Notes under the pieces: model-generated
Database searches by the model: none
Told to the model about the DNA's origin: nothing
What the model saw: only the letters and a program-made list of their open reading frames with translations
Shown here: positions 1-8,465 of the stretch, in pieces
Numbering within the stretch: the first letter of the stretch is position 1
Layout: the number at the start of each line of letters is the position of its first letter
Virus record (IMG/VR): IMGVR_UViG_3300029317_000004
Location: 1-41,598 of that record
DNA length: 41,598 nucleotides
Source: a virus
Lineage: Duplodnaviria > Caudoviricetes
Reading direction: 5' to 3' (one strand)
Made by a program: the position numbers and the translations under genes

Positions 1-49
1 ATCTCGTGTGTTTTCAGTACAATGCTCGACCTTCAGATGATTGAATAGC

Positions 50-126
50 AGGCGCGTAGCTCAGTTGGTTAGAGCGCATCCTTGACATGGATGAGGTCGG
101 TGGTTCGAATCCACTCGTGCCTACCA
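50..126 (+). tRNA. tRNA-Val (GAC), intact, reconstituted at attL
   Basis: Acceptor stem AGGCGCG/CGTGCCT, D-arm TAGCTCAGTTGGTTAGAGC, anticodon loop TTGACAT, T-loop GGTTCGAATCC, encoded 3' CCA; 77 nt. Confidence 0.96.
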
Positions 127-127
127 A
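81..127 (+). repeat. attL core (47-bp direct repeat, 3' half of tRNA-Val)
   Basis: CTTGACATGG...GCCTACCAA is identical to 40306..40352; the repeat begins at the anticodon loop. Confidence 0.95.
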
Positions 128-244
128 GTTTTAGTAATACTTTCAGCTACTTAGAACACTTAGCTAGAATTTAGCCCACGGTTCGCAGACCTCTTAAAGG
201 TCTAGCGAGCTACCGCTAAGGTCTAGCGCCTCTAAGGAGCTGAT

Positions 245-1402
245 ATGCAGTTTACATCCCTCTCTATAGCAAGCCTTGAGCCTTCCAAGACCGTTAAAAC
301 TATCCGGTCTAGTGTAGACAAAGGGTTCGCTATTAAAGTCTCACCAGCAGGCTCTAAGACCTTCCTATACATATTCAAGCGACAAGGTAAGACCGTCCAG
401 CGCAACTTAGGGCGTTATCCTGACGTTTCCGTTGATGACGCGAGATTAGCTTATTTAACCTATAAGAACGGTAAACACGCCACACCAAAGTCTAGCGCGC
501 TAGACCTTCCCAAAAAGTCAGAATATTCCATCAAAGAGGCGTGGCGCGATTACGAACGCGAAGTGGGACACTCTCATTTAAGCCTTGGCGTAAGAAAACA
601 ATACGGAGCTATTATCTATGAGTTTATTAATATTCGCGGTAATTTGCCTGTTGTACGTTTGGATGGACGACTAATCAAAGAATATCTTCGCCTATTCAAG
701 GCATTTAAAACCAAACCTAATAAGATTAAAGTGGCGCTATCAACGCTCTGTAAGTATTTAGTTGAGATAGACAAGTTAGACACGAATCCTTGTGTCGGCC
801 TGCCCACTAAAGCCAGTAAACCTAAAACACGTAAGTTCAGCCGTGAGGAGCTTCAAGCGTTCCTACCTATCCTCAACAGCTCTGATGTAGCTTCGCACAA
901 TAAAGACGTTCTAAAGATAATCCTACTAACCTTAGCGCGTGTCAGTGAAGCCGCAAATATGGAGGTGTCCGAGCTGGACTTAGAGCGAAGCCGTTGGATT
1001 CTCCCTGCGGCGCGTTCTAAAAACGGTAAGGAAATGCTAATAGCGCTACCTCAACAGGCCGTTGCTCTCCTTAAGCCTCGTATAGCTGATTCTAAGGACG
1101 GCTACGTGTTCACCAGCTCAAAAGGTAGTCTACCTAGTCGGCACGGTGTTAGGCAGGCGCTTATGCGCTTATGTGAGGCGGCAGGCTGCTTACCTACGTC
1201 TTCGCATGACCTCCGTAGAACAGCGGCGCACCATATTAATAGTTTAGGTGTACCCTCAGACCTAATCAGTAAATTAATGAACCACTCACCTTCCGGTGTT
1301 ACCGCCACTACATATATTCAGGCCTCCTTGTTCGACTATGAAGTGGAGAAGCGGCAGGCGCTAGAAACATGGTCTGAAACCCTTACGCAGTGGGGGCTAT
1401 AG
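245..1402 (+). CDS. int: Tyrosine integrase with N-terminal arm-binding domain
   Basis: N-terminal KVSPAGSKTF...LGRYPDVSVDDAR arm-binding motif; catalytic R (ARVSE), K (SKNG), HDLRR, MNH, Y; next to attL. Confidence 0.95.
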   Translation: MQFTSLSIASLEPSKTVKTIRSSVDKGFAIKVSPAGSKTFLYIFKRQGKTVQRNLGRYPDVSVDDARLAYLTYKNGKHATPKSSALDLPKKSEYSIKEAWRDYEREVGHSHLSLGVRKQYGAIIYEFINIRGNLPVVRLDGRLIKEYLRLFKAFKTKPNKIKVALSTLCKYLVEIDKLDTNPCVGLPTKASKPKTRKFSREELQAFLPILNSSDVASHNKDVLKIILLTLARVSEAANMEVSELDLERSRWILPAARSKNGKEMLIALPQQAVALLKPRIADSKDGYVFTSSKGSLPSRHGVRQALMRLCEAAGCLPTSSHDLRRTAAHHINSLGVPSDLISKLMNHSPSGVTATTYIQASLFDYEVEKRQALETWSETLTQWGL

Positions 1403-1426
1403 AAAGTGCTTGCCTTAAGAACAACA
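1401..1426 (+). promoter_or_regulatory. Putative phage RNAP promoter, copy 1
   Basis: AGAAAGTGCTTGCCTTAAGAACAACA recurs exactly at 4245 and 4317 and, with 1 mismatch in 21 bp, inverted at 39585..39605; all copies lie outside assigned genes. Confidence 0.65.
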
Positions 1427-1452
1427 AAACTCAAAGTAACACTTATAGTCAA

Positions 1453-1529
1453 CTATAGTAATTACTAATAGTCCACTATAGAGGGCTACCCAATAACTGA
1501 GTGTTAACCCACCTCAGTAAACTAAACAT
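1453..1529 (+). repeat. Left copy of long-range inverted repeat (palindrome-rich block plus 38-bp hairpin block)
   Basis: 1492..1529 is the exact reverse complement of 39494..39531; 1453..1484 matches the reverse complement of 39539..39569 with a 1-nt indel. Confidence 0.9.
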
Positions 1530-1705
1530 CACATAACTAAAGGCAGGTAATTAACAGATAGGTCACCACATATAGCTCGCGCATACGCAACAGCTCGCTG
1601 TACAACCAACTAAACACACACATACTTACACACTAAACGCGAATCTATGCCGCCTGTAATTCTACGGGAGGCTATAGCTTTGCCTAGTCAATAGAGGATA
1701 CGTAA

Positions 1706-4177
1706 ATGAATAATGACTCACAACTATTTAACAAAGAATTGATGCTTGATAAGAACCTTTACATAAGGGAGCACGCTTTAGAAGAAGATGCTCATAATGT
1801 AGCCATTGATAGAGTACGCAAGAAGGTTGAAATGCAAGGGCTGGATAAAACGCAGGTCGGCACAGATAAGGTGTATGAGGTGTTAGCTGACGTAGCTAAT
1901 AACCTCGCGTTATGGTGTGTTGAGCAAGGCGCTAAACGGCGTAAACCTGAAGCGTTTAAGTACATCTCCGCCATAGACCCTTCAGTGTTAGCCTTCGTAG
2001 CGGCGAAGCAGTGTGTGATAACATTAGTTAAAGGGGATGCACCGTTTGTGAAGGTGACACTCGCCATCGGTAGGCGTATTAAAGAATTAGTCGATTACGA
2101 TATTTTCCTGACAGCGCAGAAAGCCGCTTATAAGGACATTGAACACCGCATTAAGTTTGCAGGTACTGAGCGTAAACGACTGCGGGTGTTAAACAAGAAG
2201 TTGAGTGAACTAGGCTTTGAAGGTGCGGATTGGTCAGAACAGGTCTGCATCGCTATTGGCGCTCAGTTACTCGAAACCTTTATAGACACGACCGGCTATC
2301 TACAGGTCATCAACAGGCGCGAAGGCCGTAAGACACGTAAAACTATTGGTATCACACCGCTGGCTGAAGAATGGTTAGCCACCTCAGAGATTAAAGAATC
2401 ACTTTTAGCACCGTTTCATTACCCGATGCTCGTGCCTCCGCAGCCTTGGACAACACCGTATGATGGCGGTTATCTCAATAAGCAGCTACACCCGCTAAAT
2501 TTAGTGTGGTCACGCAATAAGCTGTCTAACCGCATCTTGGAGAATCAAGAGATGCCTGAAGTCTACGAGGCTATCAACGCCCTTCAGGACACACCGTGGC
2601 GTATCAACAAGCGAGTGCAAGAGGTGTTTTCCACCCTATTAGAGTCTAAAGAAGCAGTGGCAGGACTACCCGCTCAAACACCTAGAGAACTGCCTGCTAA
2701 GCCGTGGGAACCCACGCTTACACAGGATGAAATAAGTACGTGGATAGAAGTTAACGAGGAGGCCTTTGCTAACTGGAAACGCAAGACCTCTGAGATTCAC
2801 GTGGAGAACGGAAAGGCCGCTTCCAAGCTATCCGCAGCGACACAGAAGCATACCCTCAGCCTCAAGTTCCTGACTGAAAAGGCGATGTACTACCCGTATG
2901 GCCTCGACTTCAGAGGACGGATTTATGCTGCGGCTGGCGCTGGTAGTATCAATCCGCAGGCAGACGATAGCGGTAAGGCTTTACTAGAGTTTGCGGTGGG
3001 TAAACCTGTCGGTGATGCAGGTGGGTTCTGGCTCGGTGTTCATCTAGCTAACACGTTCGGTGAAGACAAAATCAGCCTAGAGGAGCGCGTACGGTGGGCA
3101 GTCGAACATACCTTAGAGATTGAGCTATACGCGGCTAATCCTTTAGACTTTAGGGGCTGGATGGACGCGGATAAACCCTTTAGTTTTCTAGCGGCTTGCT
3201 TCGAGTGGGCAGGGTTTATGGCGGAAGGTGACAGCTTTGTTTCCCACCTACCCATCGCTGTAGACGGCTCGTGTTCAGGCCTACAACACTTCGGTGCAAT
3301 GCTGAAGGATGAAGAAACCTGTAAGAGCGTTAATGTTATCGGCGCAGGCTCAACACCTACGGACGTGTATACCAAAGTGCGCGATAGAGTGGCAGCGTTA
3401 ATCGCACAAGACACTAACGTGCTAGCTGAAGAATGGAAGACACGTCTGAAGCGTGACACGGTTAAGCAGCCGACCATGACCACGCCGTATGGTGTATCGG
3501 TACGCGGCATGAAAGACCAGATTAAGAACGCCATTATTAAAATGGTCGATAAAGGGTCTATACCGCCGTTTAGTGTGTCAGCTAGTGAAGCCTCCGTGTA
3601 CTTAACGCCCTTCGTGGCTACGGCTATTTCTGAAGTGGTCAGTGCGGCTACTCTAGCAATGGATTGGCTCAGCCACGTAGCGGAGGTGTGCGCGGAAGCT
3701 GACAGGCCGGTACGCTGGACGACACCAACAGGTTTAAGTGTCACACAGGCTTATAAGAAGCAAGTCGGTAAGGTGACTAATCTAATGTACGGAGGCCAGC
3801 GTATGCAGCTACACCTTAAAGTGGACACGCCGCAGATCAACAAGGCTAAATCAAAGGCTGGCTGTGCGCCTAACTTCGTACATAGTATGGATGCCTCACA
3901 CCTCATGGCGACTGTCGCTTACAGTGTCCACAACAACGTTGATACGTTTGCAATGATTCACGATAGCTTCGGTACACATTGTGCCAGCGTTGAAACACTC
4001 TCTGCGGTGTTACGGGAAACCTTCATCACACAATATAACGGCAATGTACTAGCCGACTTATATGCAGAGGTGTCACAGCAATTGCCCGCTGAATCACTGG
4101 CCGACTTACTCCCACCACCGTGCCAAGGTGAGATGGAGTTAGCACAAGTACGAAACTCGGAGTTTTTCTTCGCCTAA
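1706..4177 (+). CDS. T7-like single-subunit DNA-directed RNA polymerase
   Basis: DFRGRIY, motif A AVDGSCSGLQH, motif B RDTVKQPTMTTPYG, PNFVHSMDASH, motif C IHDSFGTH, C-terminal FFFA. Confidence 0.98.
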   Translation: MNNDSQLFNKELMLDKNLYIREHALEEDAHNVAIDRVRKKVEMQGLDKTQVGTDKVYEVLADVANNLALWCVEQGAKRRKPEAFKYISAIDPSVLAFVAAKQCVITLVKGDAPFVKVTLAIGRRIKELVDYDIFLTAQKAAYKDIEHRIKFAGTERKRLRVLNKKLSELGFEGADWSEQVCIAIGAQLLETFIDTTGYLQVINRREGRKTRKTIGITPLAEEWLATSEIKESLLAPFHYPMLVPPQPWTTPYDGGYLNKQLHPLNLVWSRNKLSNRILENQEMPEVYEAINALQDTPWRINKRVQEVFSTLLESKEAVAGLPAQTPRELPAKPWEPTLTQDEISTWIEVNEEAFANWKRKTSEIHVENGKAASKLSAATQKHTLSLKFLTEKAMYYPYGLDFRGRIYAAAGAGSINPQADDSGKALLEFAVGKPVGDAGGFWLGVHLANTFGEDKISLEERVRWAVEHTLEIELYAANPLDFRGWMDADKPFSFLAACFEWAGFMAEGDSFVSHLPIAVDGSCSGLQHFGAMLKDEETCKSVNVIGAGSTPTDVYTKVRDRVAALIAQDTNVLAEEWKTRLKRDTVKQPTMTTPYGVSVRGMKDQIKNAIIKMVDKGSIPPFSVSASEASVYLTPFVATAISEVVSAATLAMDWLSHVAEVCAEADRPVRWTTPTGLSVTQAYKKQVGKVTNLMYGGQRMQLHLKVDTPQINKAKSKAGCAPNFVHSMDASHLMATVAYSVHNNVDTFAMIHDSFGTHCASVETLSAVLRETFITQYNGNVLADLYAEVSQQLPAESLADLLPPPCQGEMELAQVRNSEFFFA

Positions 4178-4240
4178 CCGAAAGACTATCCGCTAATAGA
4201 TTGTTAGGGCAGGCCTTTCTACGAGGCTGCACAGTGCAGC

Positions 4241-4349
4241 TTCCAGAAAGTGCTTGCCTTAAGAACAACAGAACCGAGAGGTCTTCTGTCTAGTCTACCC
4301 GCAGCGCATTGTTTCCAGAAAGTGCTTGCCTTAAGAACAACAGAACCGA
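4241..4349 (+). promoter_or_regulatory. Tandem putative phage RNAP promoters (two identical 37-bp copies); possible replication origin
   Basis: TTCCAGAAAGTGCTTGCCTTAAGAACAACAGAACCGA at 4241..4277 and 4313..4349, directly after the RNAP gene, the position of T7 phi1.1A/phi1.1B. Confidence 0.7.
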
Positions 4350-4365
4350 AACAGGAGTATGCCGC

Positions 4366-4527
4366 ATGGCTTCCACACTCGCACTACCCACCACCGCAGA
4401 AGCGATGGACTTAGCTCAAGAGGGACTCTTCGTACAAGACGTGTACGACTTTGAACCGCTTGATTACTACTTTGAAGAAGAAACCCTTGAAAGTTACTCA
4501 ATAGAAAACTACCACACAGGAACTTAA
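4366..4527 (+). CDS. Small acidic hypothetical protein (53 aa)
   Basis: AGGAG RBS before ATG 4366, in frame with ORF 4309..4527; stop abuts the SSB start. Confidence 0.6.
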   Translation: MASTLALPTTAEAMDLAQEGLFVQDVYDFEPLDYYFEEETLESYSIENYHTGT

Positions 4528-5199
4528 ATGATTTTAGACGACAAACAATTACTGATTACCCCTAAAGCACCTGCTTTATTCCCTCATTTAGTCGAGCCTG
4601 ATAACTATGAAGGCTCTTTAGACTACAAAGTGTCCCTAATCCTTGATCCGGCAGATACCGGCGTACAGGAACTTTTAGATGATATTACGGAAACAGCCGA
4701 AGCTCAGTTGGCCTTAGCGGTTAAGGAGCTGACAGCGAAGGGCGGTAAGCATAAGAAGCTGGCGGGTGAAATGTCACTGTCACTGCCCTTCAGTGAAGAA
4801 TACGAAGAAGACGGCAGTGAAACAGGGCGCTTCATCCTCAAGGCTAAATCGAAGGCCGCAGGTGTGACTGCCAAAGGTAAGGCGTGGGAACGCAAAGTTC
4901 CACTATTTGATGCGGGCACTTCAGGTAAGGTTAAGAAGATTCCACATGGAACTGTCCCTATCTTTAGTGGCGCAGTGCTGAAAGTTGAACTCGTTACTAA
5001 TGTCTACACCGCCACCGGCTTAAAACTCGCAGGCGTATCTTTCTTCATTAAAGCTGTACAGGTTATTGCTGTATCAGAAGGCAATGACTCAAACGGCTTC
5101 GGCTGTGAAGAAGGTGGCTTTGATGCCAGTGACTTAGAAGAACAGGACATTGCGCCAGACTTTGAAGATGACGTAGCCGGTGTGGATGAAGACTTCTAA
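4528..5199 (+). CDS. Single-stranded DNA-binding protein (T7 gp2.5-like)
   Basis: TPKAPALFPHLVEPD...YKVSL N-terminus, KAVQVI, acidic tail ending in Phe (DEDF); syntenic position. Confidence 0.85.
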   Translation: MILDDKQLLITPKAPALFPHLVEPDNYEGSLDYKVSLILDPADTGVQELLDDITETAEAQLALAVKELTAKGGKHKKLAGEMSLSLPFSEEYEEDGSETGRFILKAKSKAAGVTAKGKAWERKVPLFDAGTSGKVKKIPHGTVPIFSGAVLKVELVTNVYTATGLKLAGVSFFIKAVQVIAVSEGNDSNGFGCEEGGFDASDLEEQDIAPDFEDDVAGVDEDF

Positions 5200-5594
5200 T
5201 GTCCCTCTTTAACGTGCAGCGTGAACATCTGCTGACGTTAAGGCTTCCTTACCCTCCGTCAATAAACAATTATTACGGTACAACCCGTTCCGGTGGACGC
5301 TTCATTAAGAAAGCCGGTACGGATTATCGCACGAAGGTTATCGACATATTGCAGGCCACCACCTTCGGTAAAGAGCCGTTAGCGCACAGATTACAGGTCT
5401 GGATCGAAGAGTACCCACCAGATCGCCGTAGACGTGATTTAGACAACACTAAAAAGGCGCTATTAGACGCGCTCACTCATGCAGGTATATACGCCGATGA
5501 CTGCCTTATTGACGACCTTAGAACCGTGCGCGGTGAGGTTATCAGAGGCGGCTATGTGCGTGTGTATATCTCTAAAATAATTAAGGAGAAATAG
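5199..5594 (+). CDS. rusA: RusA-family Holliday junction resolvase
   Basis: LPYPPSINNYY and PPDRRRRDLDNTKKALLDAL...DD motifs. Confidence 0.9.
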   Translation: MSLFNVQREHLLTLRLPYPPSINNYYGTTRSGGRFIKKAGTDYRTKVIDILQATTFGKEPLAHRLQVWIEEYPPDRRRRDLDNTKKALLDALTHAGIYADDCLIDDLRTVRGEVIRGGYVRVYISKIIKEK

Positions 5595-5777
5595 ATGCGC
5601 GACCTAAAGCAAGAAGTCATTGATAGGCACGTCAGTAAGGCCGGTTTAAGAGGCCGAATAGACGCTAAATGCGCGGAGTGTATCTATGACCCTACAGGTG
5701 AGGGAACGTGGCGTAAGCAGGTGTCTAATTGCACCGCTAAGAGCTGCCCCTTATATGACGTAAGGCCTACAAACTAA
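5595..5777 (+). CDS. Small Cys-rich hypothetical protein
   Basis: AGGAG RBS; CAEC...CTAKSCPLY possible metal site. Confidence 0.7.
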   Translation: MRDLKQEVIDRHVSKAGLRGRIDAKCAECIYDPTGEGTWRKQVSNCTAKSCPLYDVRPTN

Positions 5778-5799
5778 CACCTATAACAGGATTAATATT

Positions 5800-6006
5800 A
5801 TGAAAGTAGAAAAAAAAGAACGTACTCAAGGTTTCGCACCTATTACCTTGGAGCTGACTATCGAAACAGAAGCCGAGCTAAAGGCTCTACAGGCACATCG
5901 TGAGAGGGTGGCCGAATCAGACTACAGGAACGCAGGTGTTGGCGCTGCTAGCGCTGTTATTTTGGAACGCCTTGTGGATCAGCTTTACAGGGTAGCTAAC
6001 CTATAG
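5800..6006 (+). CDS. Hypothetical protein
   Basis: AGGA RBS, fills the operon. Confidence 0.65.
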   Translation: MKVEKKERTQGFAPITLELTIETEAELKALQAHRERVAESDYRNAGVGAASAVILERLVDQLYRVANL

Positions 6007-6008
6007 CC

Positions 6009-6425
6009 ATGAAGAAAATCTTACAGAAAGCCTCTGTAGATTTTCTGATTGTCCACTCCACCTACACTGCTGCACGCCTTGATCTAACAGTCGAGGACGT
6101 GTTGAACCGCCGTATCAAAAACGGCTTCCCTGACATAGGGTTTCATCACGTTATCACACGTGACGGCAGTGTAGAACTCGGTGTTCCATTAGACACCGTA
6201 GGGACACACACCCCGCGTTTTGCTGACTCAGCTATCGGTATCTTACTGGTAGGCGGCAAAACCTCGCGGGGTGTTCCTTCAGATAACTACACGCAAGCTC
6301 AGAAACAAAGCCTCAAGACCCTCTTAACCACGCTCAAGCTAACCTACATAAACGCCAAAGTTATCGGTAGCGGCGAAGTGTTAGGCGGGTCTTCCCCTCA
6401 TTTTGACCTACAGGAGGTTACATGA
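6009..6425 (+). CDS. T7 gp3.5-like amidase-fold protein, probably catalytically inactive
   Basis: LIVHST, DIGFHHVITRDG, SAIGILLVGG and NYTQAQKQSL match T7 lysozyme; the C-terminal Zn ligands are replaced. Confidence 0.85.
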   Translation: MKKILQKASVDFLIVHSTYTAARLDLTVEDVLNRRIKNGFPDIGFHHVITRDGSVELGVPLDTVGTHTPRFADSAIGILLVGGKTSRGVPSDNYTQAQKQSLKTLLTTLKLTYINAKVIGSGEVLGGSSPHFDLQEVT

Positions 6426-6619
6426 CACAACTCGATAAGATCAATAATCACCTAATATCACACGGGCAGATTACCTCAATAACCGCCATCGGTTTGTATG
6501 GTGTCACGCGGTTAGCTGCTGTCATTAACAAATTGAAAGCCGAGGGTGCAACAATCAAGACGGAGTACAAGAAAGGCGTGCAATGTAACCGTTACGCCAT
6601 CTACTCGCTAGAAGCCTGA
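6422..6619 (+). CDS. Small winged-helix DNA-binding protein
   Basis: ITSITAIGLYGVTRLAAVINKLK...YAIYSL pattern; GGAGG RBS, ATGA overlap. Confidence 0.7.
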   Translation: MTQLDKINNHLISHGQITSITAIGLYGVTRLAAVINKLKAEGATIKTEYKKGVQCNRYAIYSLEA

Positions 6620-6620
6620 C

Positions 6621-8252
6621 ATGGGTGACGCGACTTTTCTACATAAAGAACCGTGTCCTTCTTGCACCAGTAAAGACAACTTAGCACGTTACGATGATGG
6701 CAGTGCTTACTGCTTCGGCTGTGAATACGTGGAGTCAGCAGGCGGTTCAACTACCGCAGCTAAGAAGCCTCCGGTGCAGAAAGACCTCGTGCCTCTTGGT
6801 GAGTTTCTACCGTTAGATAGCCGTAAAATTAACGCGGTGACGTGCCTTAAGATGCGTTATACCATAGGAACGTATAGTGGCAAGAAGGCGCATATTGTCA
6901 ACGTGCCTGACCAAGACGGTAACGCGGTTGCACAGAAGATACGACTTGCCGGTAAGCAGTTCCGTTATATCGGTGACACTAAAAAAGCAGGCTTAATCTT
7001 TCAGGATATATGGCCTGCGGGTTGCTCTACTAAGGTGGTCATCTGCGAGGGTGAGATAGATGCGCTCAGTGTTTCTCAAGCGCAAGATAATAAGTATGCG
7101 GTAGTGAGTGTCCCTAACGGCGCTAAGTCAGCACTGAAGGCGTGTAAGGCTTCCTATGAATACCTAAACACCTTTGCTGAAATAGTGGTCATGTTCGATA
7201 TGGACGAGGCCGGTAGAGAGGCTACTAAAGATATTAGTAAGCTCTTCGGCAGTAAGGCGCTAATCGCTACGCTACCTGAGAAGGACGCTAATGAGTGCCT
7301 TAAAAAGGGTCAGAGCAAGGCTATTGTAGTTGCTATCTGGAACGCTCAACCATACCGACCTGATGGTGTGGTATCGCTCAGTTCACTCAGGGATGAAGTC
7401 ACTAAAACCGTAGAACACGGTAAGCCGTGGATTTACCCTAAGCTGACTGAGGCTTCCTACGGCAGACGTGAAGGTGAGCTGTACTTTATCGGTGCAGGTT
7501 CAGGTATCGGCAAAACTGACTTCTTCTTGCAACAGGCGGAAGCTGACATTGCAGACGGTGAAGGTGTTGCTCTGTTCTTATTAGAGCAGCCGGTACTAGA
7601 AACCGCTAAACGTCTGTGCGGCAAGCAGGCTAAGAAGCGCTTTCACGTACCCGATGAACCGTTTACGGAGGAGGAGCTACTAGCCGCCTTCGACACGCTG
7701 GACAGTTCTAAGGCCTACCTTTACGACCACTTCGGCAGTAAGGATTGGGAAACCATTCGTGACAATATCCGCTGGCTAAGTGTCGCTGAAGGCGTTAAGC
7801 ACTTCTACGTTGACCACCTAACCGCCTTAGTGTCACACGAAGATGACGAACGGCGTGCGCTGGAACGGATAACCGCTGAAATGTCCTCACTGGCACAAGA
7901 GCTAGGTATTTACCTCTACGTCATCAGTCACCTAAGTACGCCTGAAGGTAAGCCGCATGAAGAAGGCGGTCGCGTTATGGCGAAGCACTTCAAAGGTTCA
8001 AGAGCTATCGTTTACTGGGCGCATTTCATGTTCGGCCTAGAACGCGACACTCAAGCTGAAGATGAAGAGCTGCGGCAAGTAACCACCTTCCGCGTCCTTA
8101 AAGACCGCTTCACAGGTAAGGCTACCGGCCTAACTTTCTATCTCGGTTACGAATCTGAAAGCGGCATCTTATATCAACAGCCTGACGATTGGACACCACC
8201 TAACAGTGATACAGGGAGCGGCTTCACGGCTGAACCTAATCACGACTTTTAA
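6621..8252 (+). CDS. Primase-helicase (T7 gp4-like)
   Basis: Zn finger CPSC...CFGC, TOPRIM CEGEIDALS and FDMDEAG, Walker A GAGSGIGKT, VDHL, ISHL, LKDRFTG. Confidence 0.97.
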   Translation: MGDATFLHKEPCPSCTSKDNLARYDDGSAYCFGCEYVESAGGSTTAAKKPPVQKDLVPLGEFLPLDSRKINAVTCLKMRYTIGTYSGKKAHIVNVPDQDGNAVAQKIRLAGKQFRYIGDTKKAGLIFQDIWPAGCSTKVVICEGEIDALSVSQAQDNKYAVVSVPNGAKSALKACKASYEYLNTFAEIVVMFDMDEAGREATKDISKLFGSKALIATLPEKDANECLKKGQSKAIVVAIWNAQPYRPDGVVSLSSLRDEVTKTVEHGKPWIYPKLTEASYGRREGELYFIGAGSGIGKTDFFLQQAEADIADGEGVALFLLEQPVLETAKRLCGKQAKKRFHVPDEPFTEEELLAAFDTLDSSKAYLYDHFGSKDWETIRDNIRWLSVAEGVKHFYVDHLTALVSHEDDERRALERITAEMSSLAQELGIYLYVISHLSTPEGKPHEEGGRVMAKHFKGSRAIVYWAHFMFGLERDTQAEDEELRQVTTFRVLKDRFTGKATGLTFYLGYESESGILYQQPDDWTPPNSDTGSGFTAEPNHDF

Positions 8253-8264
8253 TAAGGAGAACAC

Positions 8265-8465
8265 ATGAACGATACCGCTTGGAAAGAAGTAACCACTGAC
8301 GGTTACCCGCAAGTAACGGGTGACTACATTTGTAAGTTCGAGAACCCGCAAGAGTCACCGGAAATACTTGAATTTGATACAGAGGAAGACGCTGACCAAT
8401 GGGTAGGCTACGTCAGTGCTAAAGTCATCTGGCGGGTTACTAGCTGGGCGGAGATACCGCAATGA
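8265..8465 (+). CDS. Hypothetical protein
   Basis: AAGGAG RBS; overlaps the RNR start. Confidence 0.65.
   Translation: MNDTAWKEVTTDGYPQVTGDYICKFENPQESPEILEFDTEEDADQWVGYVSAKVIWRVTSWAEIPQ

Noticed and set aside
245-1402. Phage integrase as the IntI for the cassette array
   Set aside because: It has an arm-binding domain, sits at a tRNA att site and shows no IntI-specific insertion before the HxxR motif
3040-3744. 234-aa antisense ORF (and similar shadow ORFs, e.g. 21834..22220, 26534..26983, 40579..40761)
   Set aside because: They lie within or opposite well-supported genes and show no motifs of their own
4172-4209. GCCTAAC...GTTAGGG as another attC site
   Set aside because: Only ~38 bp with no L boxes; more likely an RNA-processing hairpin after the RNAP gene
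4241-4349. Mini-CRISPR array (37-bp repeats with a 35-bp spacer; second copy framed by GTTTC...GAAAC)
   Set aside because: Only two copies and no cas genes; the same core occurs singly at 1401 and 39585 in promoter positions, so tandem phage promoters explain it better
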